Origin: a virus
Taxonomy: Duplodnaviria; Caudoviricetes
Length of the DNA: 64,000 nt
Strand: one strand, 5' to 3'
Virus record (IMG/VR): IMGVR_UViG_3300042465_006702
Coordinates: 936 to 64,935 of that record
In this document: positions 57,980-64,000 of the stretch, in pieces
How the letters are laid out: every line of letters starts with the position of its first letter
Position numbering within the stretch: position 1 is the first letter of the stretch
Made by a program: the position numbers and the translations under genes
The notes under the pieces: generated by a model
Seen by the model: only the letters and a program-made list of their open reading frames with translations
Databases searched by the model: none
What the model was told of the DNA's origin: nothing

Positions 57980-58528
57980 TTACGATATATCTCTAACCCA
58001 CACATACCAACTGCTTTTACTAACATTTACTTTATTTTTTCCAAAAAAAGTATCAACGGCCGGTATAACACTTGTTATATAATCTTCGGTATAATCGTGT
58101 CCTGCAATCAATCCAGTTTGTTTTAACTTTGGCAACCAATGTTTTATATCTTCTGTCACTGCGTTGAATGAATGGTCTCCATCTATAAAAACAAAATCTA
58201 AACTATTATCTTCATATAATTTTGAAGCTTCCGTTGAATAATTTTGTATAACCGATATATCCAATTTATCCCAGATAGGTTTCAAATTATGTAAAAAGGC
58301 TTCAGTATAATCTTGTGTTTCATCATTTGGCATATCCCAACAATCAACACAATCCAATTTTATGTTTTTTTGTGAATTTATTATTTCAACCGCAATATAC
58401 GCAGAACTTTTTCCCTGCCCCAATCCAATTTCAACAAAGTGTGAATTTGTTGGAAAGTGGTTTACTGCCATTTCAAATATTTCCTCACAATCAAAACTAA
58501 ACCCATTAGGTAAATCTAAATGTTTCAT
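57980..58528 (-). CDS. class I SAM methyltransferase (Methyltransf_24-like)
   Basis: FVEIG..GKS, VFIDGDHS, WLPKLK..G.IAGHDY. Confidence 0.85.
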   Translation of the reverse strand: MKHLDLPNGFSFDCEEIFEMAVNHFPTNSHFVEIGLGQGKSSAYIAVEIINSQKNIKLDCVDCWDMPNDETQDYTEAFLHNLKPIWDKLDISVIQNYSTEASKLYEDNSLDFVFIDGDHSFNAVTEDIKHWLPKLKQTGLIAGHDYTEDYITSVIPAVDTFFGKNKVNVSKSSWYVWVRDIS

Positions 58529-58541
58529 AATTATTTTTTTA

Positions 58542-59900
58542 TTACCCCATATTTTCTACATATTTCTTATGTAGAAGTTTCTTTTCTAAACTCTCTCCGT
58601 TCTTACTTTCTTTCGTTGCCGCCATACCATCTACCGAAGTTGCTGCGAATACATCCATAACACCGTGAAACGTATCAATCTTTGCGGGAAATGTCATACC
58701 ATCTGGTCCAAATCTATTTTTTACAATGTGGATACGGCCGGTGTTTGATAATTTATCTTTAGTTTTTCTACTCACACTCATAATGAAGTCAGCAGTTTGA
58801 ACTTTCTTATATGAATCACCTACACTATCCGCTTGAATAACTTCGTGGTCAATTGCTGCTCGATTAGTTTGAGTTGCTGTCCAAATTGGTATTTTACTTT
58901 CACCGCTCAATCCTCTCAACTCTTCGTAAATACCGCCCAATTCTGCATACAACCCGTCACTTGCTCTATTACCACTTTTTAATAAATCCGCATAATCAAT
59001 AATAATAAGTTGTGGATTGAAACCACTTGCTCTTACTTTATCAATATGTGCTGAAAGTGTTTTTGCCGATGCGAATTGTGGTGGATAGTATTTAATCTTT
59101 ACTCTACCCTGTGTTTGTTTTACTTTACGAATGATATCATCCTTTCTTAACTTTTGGTCTGCGGTTGCGATATTAGTAAGAATTGTAATGTATCTTTGTC
59201 CTACATAACTTTCGGATAATTCCAAAGTGTAATGTAATACATTCACACCTCTTTGTAATGCTGCACATGCAATTTTGGATAAGAACCAACTTTTACCGAT
59301 ACCAGATGGAGCCATTACTACACCCAATTCGCCGGGTCCTAAACCACCATCCATTAATTCATCAATAACATCCCATCCCGTTGATACTGAATTTCTCTTT
59401 ACATCATCCAATATCAACTCAAAATCTTCAACAAAATCTAAACCCAAATCGTTTTCTACACCTACTTTAGATGCAGCAGTCATTGTGTCTATAATTTTAT
59501 CATATTGACCTACTTTAAGAAGTTCAACGGATTTTAGTAAGGCTTCTTTAACTTTTTGATTTTTTGCAAATGTAAGATATTCATTCTTAACGTATGCTAA
59601 ATCATCGGCTCCTATTTGAAGATATACTGTCTTTAATTGTTCAACGACTGTTTGTTTGAGAACTTTATCCTCAATCTCTCCCACTTTGATTTTAAAAACT
59701 TCCATGGTCGGAGTTCCACGATACTTATCGAAATAAGTTTGCGTTTCCTTTACAATCCATTGATTTGCTTGAGATTCGAAAAATGTTGGTTTGGTAATTT
59801 CATTTACCTGCTCTAAAAACTTAACATCAGTAATAAACGAAGCAACAACTTTAGATTGATACGATTGGCCATATTTGACTAGTGTATCTACTGCTTCCAT
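58542..59900 (-). CDS. DnaB/gp41-like replicative helicase
   Basis: TGW..D, APSGIGKS, TLE, IIDYADL, TATQTNR, KNRFG. Confidence 0.93.
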   Translation of the reverse strand: MEAVDTLVKYGQSYQSKVVASFITDVKFLEQVNEITKPTFFESQANQWIVKETQTYFDKYRGTPTMEVFKIKVGEIEDKVLKQTVVEQLKTVYLQIGADDLAYVKNEYLTFAKNQKVKEALLKSVELLKVGQYDKIIDTMTAASKVGVENDLGLDFVEDFELILDDVKRNSVSTGWDVIDELMDGGLGPGELGVVMAPSGIGKSWFLSKIACAALQRGVNVLHYTLELSESYVGQRYITILTNIATADQKLRKDDIIRKVKQTQGRVKIKYYPPQFASAKTLSAHIDKVRASGFNPQLIIIDYADLLKSGNRASDGLYAELGGIYEELRGLSGESKIPIWTATQTNRAAIDHEVIQADSVGDSYKKVQTADFIMSVSRKTKDKLSNTGRIHIVKNRFGPDGMTFPAKIDTFHGVMDVFAATSVDGMAATKESKNGESLEKKLLHKKYVENMG

Positions 59901-60124
59901 TATGCTCTTTGTTTTTCTTTAAGTTTTTTTCTTTTTAATGCTTTTTCAGAAATAGTTACTTCTTTCTTTTCAGCTTCTTCTGTTTGTTTTTCGGATGCAA
60001 TAGGTCTAGTTGCTTTCCATTCTGATTTGGCAATGTACTTCCAAGTAATTCCTGCCATATTGTAAGCTTCCTTATCGGTTACTCTTACAATTTCATTTGT
60101 TTTTACATTTTTAAGACACTTCAT
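59900..60124 (-). CDS. hypothetical basic protein
   Basis: IVRV.D..A..WKYIAKSEWK; in operon. Confidence 0.6.
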   Translation of the reverse strand: MKCLKNVKTNEIVRVTDKEAYNMAGITWKYIAKSEWKATRPIASEKQTEEAEKKEVTISEKALKRKKLKEKQRA

Positions 60125-60146
60125 AGTTTACCTCCATGTTTTTTGT

Positions 60147-60455
60147 TTATCTAATAACCATTAAAATTTCTGATTCTCTTAAAAGTAAGTATTTTTTTCC
60201 ACCTACTTTAATTTCTTGTCCTTGATGGTATCCAGGTAAAATAACCTCATCACCCACCTTTAAGCTCATTGGAATCGGAATACCTGCTTGTGTAAATAAT
60301 CCATCCCCAACTGCTTCTACTCTTGCTCTTTTTACATCTTCTGTTCTAGCACTATCAGGTATAATAATTCCACCCGCCGATGTTGTTTGTTCTTTTGCTT
60401 CTAATTCTGTAAGGAGAACTCTATCTCCTAATGGTTTTGCTAATTTGTCTGCCAT
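60147..60455 (-). CDS. groES: co-chaperonin GroES
   Basis: KPLGDRVL, GGIIIP, AVGDG, KVGD, LLRESEIL. Confidence 0.92.
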   Translation of the reverse strand: MADKLAKPLGDRVLLTELEAKEQTTSAGGIIIPDSARTEDVKRARVEAVGDGLFTQAGIPIPMSLKVGDEVILPGYHQGQEIKVGGKKYLLLRESEILMVIR

Positions 60456-60463
60456 AACTTATT

Positions 60464-61519
60464 TTAAAATTTTGAAATATGTCCGAATGTGGATTGTAAC
60501 CAGTCATTAATATCTTTAAACGCATCAATAACACCATGTCTCAATCCTGTTTTTAAGAAACCTTGCTTATCAAATTTAGGAGTTGGTTCATCGTATCTTC
60601 CCATAATTTTCATACGAAGATTACCACTAAACTCTGGTTCTGCTAACTGCATCAATCTACGATTTCTTTCGCAAATTGCCAAATTATTTTCAAATAATTC
60701 GTGTGCTTTTACCTTTTTGTCCAATCCATTTACATATTCCAACATACTTTCGGTTGTGTGATAAGTTTCTTCTGCAAGAATTGGAAATGCTTTGATAATT
60801 GATTTAATACCCAAACCATTTACACCCTCTATACTATCCGATTTATCACCATCAATCATTCTGAAATTGATAAAATTGTGTGGATGAATTCCAAATTCTT
60901 CTAAAACTTCTTCTATGTTATAGACTTTCTTTTTAGATGGTGAATATACACTCACATCTTTATTTACTAATTGTAAGAAATCTTTATCCGATGACATTAG
61001 GACTACTTTTTCACCTTCTTGTCGAAGTTGAGTAGCAATATAACCCATAACATCATCTGCCTCAATTCCATCATATAACATAATGGTAACAGGTAAATGT
61101 GTTAGGAGTTCTGCTAATGCTACCATCTGTCTACGCATTGAGATTTGTTCATCCTCTGGATTCATATCTCCGCCGGTGATAGCACGATTAAGACGGATTT
61201 TGTTTTTAGCTCTATCTGCCTTATATCCTGCGTAAATATTTTGTCTGCTTTTTGCACCACCCTTGCCATCAAAAGTTAGAATAACTCTTGTTGGGTTAAT
61301 TAAACGGATAGCGTAGCCGATACTTTTTAAAGTACCGACTATGCCGCCAATGTGGTCACCATTATCTGAAAGATTCGGTGCTGTTGACCAGGAACGAATG
61401 AAGGTATTAAGACCATCAATAACCAGAGTTTTAGAATTTCTATGTAAATCTCCAAAACTTTTATGTTCCTCATCTATTTGTTTTAGTATCTCAAGATACT
61501 TTTTATTAATCTGACTCAT
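60464..61519 (-). CDS. 5'-3' exonuclease / T4 RNase H-like flap nuclease
   Basis: IDGLN, FDG, YKA.R, EADD, SSDKDFLQ, GDKSD..GV.G.G.K. Confidence 0.92.
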   Translation of the reverse strand: MSQINKKYLEILKQIDEEHKSFGDLHRNSKTLVIDGLNTFIRSWSTAPNLSDNGDHIGGIVGTLKSIGYAIRLINPTRVILTFDGKGGAKSRQNIYAGYKADRAKNKIRLNRAITGGDMNPEDEQISMRRQMVALAELLTHLPVTIMLYDGIEADDVMGYIATQLRQEGEKVVLMSSDKDFLQLVNKDVSVYSPSKKKVYNIEEVLEEFGIHPHNFINFRMIDGDKSDSIEGVNGLGIKSIIKAFPILAEETYHTTESMLEYVNGLDKKVKAHELFENNLAICERNRRLMQLAEPEFSGNLRMKIMGRYDEPTPKFDKQGFLKTGLRHGVIDAFKDINDWLQSTFGHISKF

Positions 61520-62612
61520 TTGCTACATCCGTTGTTTCATCAACTTCCTCTGAAGCGGAATTTTTATATTGTAAAATACAAACCTCACATATCCTACGAT
61601 AAATTTGGTCTTTTAGTTCTTCGTTGTTAAGAATATCTGCGAAATCCTTTGATTGGAATTTGATAACTTCGCCAGTATCGGTGTCGATATATTCATACCA
61701 AGCACCTGCTTGCTTTACTAACTTATTATCTTTCATAACCCCCAACCAACTTCCGAAATTATCAATACCTCTATCAAAAAAGATATTGAAATCTGCGTGT
61801 CTCAATGGTGGTCCTAAACGATTTTTGATAACCTGTGCTCTCACTTTGATACCAACAATCTTATCACCAACTTTAAGTTGTCCCATAGATTTCAAACGGA
61901 AACGAACAGAAGCATGGAATGCTAATGCTTTACCGCCTGATGTTGTCCAAGGGTCACTAAATGCCATTGCGTTCATCTTTTGACGAAGTTGATTAGTAAA
62001 TACTAAACAAATACTTTGTCTACCAATCATATTGGTGATTTTACGCATTGCTTTGGAAATGATAATTGCTTTATCCGTAGCGTAACCATCTTTATCGTAA
62101 TCAGCTTCCAACTCTTTCTTTGTAGATGCTGCTGCTACTGAATCGACTACGATAGTTACTAATCGGTTCTTATCGCCTGTTCTAACTTTCTCAATGATAG
62201 TTTCACAAGCTTCAAAAATACCTTCAACCGTATCTACTGAAACGTATAGTAATTTTGAAATATCAACACCAATTGCTTCCAAAAACTCCCTATTAACGGC
62301 AGTTTCGGTATCAATTAATACGGCTACTCCACCTTTCTTTTGTGTTTCAGCTAAGAGATGGGCGGAGAGCAGAGATTTTCCACTCTGCTCTAAACCCGTA
62401 ATCTCTGCTATACGGCCAACAGGCAAACCACCATAAGGTCTATTGGAAACTGCTACATCCAAAAGAGCGTTACCCGTAGATACCCAATCTTTTACGTTGG
62501 TTGGAGCATCGCCCCCACCATCGTTTAGAAAGTATGCAATCTTACCATCCTTATTTTGTTTGTTTAATGAATCGGCAAGAATGCTTGCCAAATCTTCCTG
62601 TACTTTAGCCAT
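61506..62612 (-). CDS. recA: RecA/UvsX recombinase
   Basis: STG..LD, GGLPVGRI.EI.G.EQSGKS, DSVAA, NQLR, TTSGG.AL.FHASVR, KNRLGPP. Confidence 0.93.
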   Translation of the reverse strand: MAKVQEDLASILADSLNKQNKDGKIAYFLNDGGGDAPTNVKDWVSTGNALLDVAVSNRPYGGLPVGRIAEITGLEQSGKSLLSAHLLAETQKKGGVAVLIDTETAVNREFLEAIGVDISKLLYVSVDTVEGIFEACETIIEKVRTGDKNRLVTIVVDSVAAASTKKELEADYDKDGYATDKAIIISKAMRKITNMIGRQSICLVFTNQLRQKMNAMAFSDPWTTSGGKALAFHASVRFRLKSMGQLKVGDKIVGIKVRAQVIKNRLGPPLRHADFNIFFDRGIDNFGSWLGVMKDNKLVKQAGAWYEYIDTDTGEVIKFQSKDFADILNNEELKDQIYRRICEVCILQYKNSASEEVDETTDVANESD

Positions 62613-62624
62613 AGTTGTAACCTA

Positions 62625-63476
62625 TTAATTGTTAAATAAATCATCAAATGCTGATGCTACATCATCTGCTTTTTTAGCAGGTGCTTCTTTTTCCCACGGA
62701 AGGTCACCATACTCCTGTGTGCCACCCATATCAGTTGAAACCGAAGATTGCTTTTGTGCAACGGGTTGTACTTTTGGTTTTGGTTGTTCCAATACTTCAA
62801 CAACTTCATCCGCTTCTTCAGATACTGCTCCTGGATTTAACCAGTTTTCCAATACAGTCTTTAATTCAGCGTATGATAATTCCTGATACAATTCTGTAAT
62901 ATTCTTTTGGTTTTCCAAAAGGTTTTTTACAACTGCAGGGTCATCTGATAATTTAGATGTTGCAGGTTTAATACGAATTGCAGTCGTTGGATAAGCTGCG
63001 TTTGATTCTTCAGCGGAAGTTACATCCAATACGATATCTCTACCGGTCATTGGGTCTGTAATATCTCCGTAATCAGGATCAGCAATGTAACCTAAAATGT
63101 CTTGATAAACCGTCTTACCAAATCCCCAAAACTTAACACCTTCGTTTTCTTTACCTCTTACGATAACAGGTACGAAAGTTCTCAATTTTGGTTCCATTTT
63201 CTTACCTGCTTTCCAATCATCGGTATCGCCTGTTCTCTTAAGTTTTTCTGCAAACTCAACGATAGGGTCAGGTCTACCAAATGACATTGGTGACAAGTAA
63301 GTTTTGTTGTTAATGTTGTAGTGAAAATAAAGTTCGATAAACGGAATGTCCTTATTGAATTTGTAAGGAACGATACGAATTTGTGATTTTCCGTTTGCTG
63401 GCTTCCAAATGGAATCAGACTTTTTTGTGTTGTTTTGAAGAGAGTTAAATCTCTTAAGTGCCAATGAAATGTCCAT
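62625..63476 (-). CDS. gp32-like single-stranded DNA-binding protein
   Basis: WKP..G...IRIVP, FHY, DP, WGFGKTVY, DITDP..GRD, acidic tail AFDDLF. Confidence 0.85.
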   Translation of the reverse strand: MDISLALKRFNSLQNNTKKSDSIWKPANGKSQIRIVPYKFNKDIPFIELYFHYNINNKTYLSPMSFGRPDPIVEFAEKLKRTGDTDDWKAGKKMEPKLRTFVPVIVRGKENEGVKFWGFGKTVYQDILGYIADPDYGDITDPMTGRDIVLDVTSAEESNAAYPTTAIRIKPATSKLSDDPAVVKNLLENQKNITELYQELSYAELKTVLENWLNPGAVSEEADEVVEVLEQPKPKVQPVAQKQSSVSTDMGGTQEYGDLPWEKEAPAKKADDVASAFDDLFNN

Positions 63477-63543
63477 TGTTTTTAGATTTTAAAGTTTAAA
63501 AAAATTGTTTAAGTTTTAAGGTTTAAGTAGCTACTTCCTACAT
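63477..63543 (-). promoter_or_regulatory. candidate translational operator of the SSB gene
   Basis: Five TTAAA units plus the palindrome AAGTAGCTACTT (63525-63536) in the leader. Confidence 0.4.
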
Positions 63544-63576
63544 AACTAAATATAACCTTTTTAGCTTTTTACATAG

Positions 63577-63608
63577 TAAATATACGGATTTTTTTCGAAT
63601 TTACCAAA
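63577..63608 (-). promoter_or_regulatory. Bacteroidota sigma70-type promoter
   Basis: TTTG-N20-TATATTTA. Confidence 0.65.
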
Positions 63609-63614
63609 TTTATT

Positions 63615-63998
63615 TTATCCCACAAAATCTACCATTTCTTGGGTTAGTTTTTGGTAAGTTTTATGCTCATTAACATTTCTAGCATTTTCAACATCTCCCA
63701 TATATTTATATAATAAATTTTTATTATATTTTAGTTTTTCTTGATTCAATTTATCATAAAAAATATCATCAGATACGTTATCAATAAATTCACTCAAATT
63801 ATCATAAAACAATTCAAATCCTAAATTTTTAAGAGTTTTTTGCAATAACCCATTGTGAGAATGAACATAAATAATATTTTCATACAACAATGGATATATT
63901 ATTTTTCTAGTAATTGTGTGATTATAATATTCAAAATTATTTATATCAAAACTCATACCACAAAAAGGTTCACAAACTATATTAAATTTTGCTCTTAA
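63615..63998 (-). CDS. GT10-like protein related to 13011..14084 (5' partial)
   Basis: Frame is open to the window edge (LRAKFNIVCEPFCGM...); ITRKIIYPL..LKNLGFELF. Confidence 0.45.
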   Translation of the reverse strand, partial: LRAKFNIVCEPFCGMSFDINNFEYYNHTITRKIIYPLLYENIIYVHSHNGLLQKTLKNLGFELFYDNLSEFIDNVSDDIFYDKLNQEKLKYNKNLLYKYMGDVENARNVNEHKTYQKLTQEMVDFVG

Positions 63999-64000
63999 AT

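Noticed and set aside
48332-62612. Inteins or introns in PolB, NrdJ, helicase or RecA
   Set aside because: Lengths are normal and motifs contiguous, with no splicing signatures
493-63284. All plus-strand ORFs and short nested minus-strand ORFs in the track
   Set aside because: They overlap well-supported minus-strand genes and have no recognisable motifs, so they are shadow ORFs
1-64000. Stop-codon recoding
   Set aside because: Genes are full length under the standard code, and TAG and TGA both act as normal stops (e.g. 6723, 7496)
1-64000. tRNA or rRNA genes
   Set aside because: Intergenic gaps are short and AT-rich, with no cloverleaf or T-loop motif seen
1-64000. Bacterial chromosome or eukaryotic giant virus origin
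   Set aside because: The T4-like PolB/clamp/loader/gp32 set with an endolysin, bacterial promoters and overlapping unidirectional genes indicates a phage

Overview
This is a gene-dense, AT-rich (roughly 30% GC by eye) segment of a large T4-like jumbo bacteriophage. Every credible gene is on the minus strand and uses the standard genetic code. The host is most likely Bacteroidota, based on nine TTTG-N19/20-TATATTWN promoters, no Shine-Dalgarno sites, and Oar-like TonB receptor, DUF4494, Hc1-like and T9SS-CTD-like genes. In transcription order (right to left) the window has four parts. (1) A replication and nucleotide module: SSB, RecA/UvsX, 5'-3' exonuclease, GroES, helicase, class II RNR, PhoH, thioredoxin, PolB, clamp, dUTPase, clamp loaders and a Cas4-like nuclease. 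(2) A ~18 kb glycosylation island. (3) A mixed region with heptose-pathway, Fe-S assembly, APS kinase, TonB receptor and endolysin genes. (4) A secreted cohesin/dockerin/C-type-lectin operon. The strongest candidate for a new system is an HTH + Mom-like + DruA/DUF4338-like + GT-B cluster directly upstream of PolB. Its proteins carry terminal FW motifs resembling the polymerase's clamp-binding tail, which suggests replication-coupled DNA hypermodification. Also notable are ten divergent SGNH-fold paralogs scattered over seven loci, strong GATC depletion and a T4 gene-32-like operator. All family calls come from motif recognition, not database searches.
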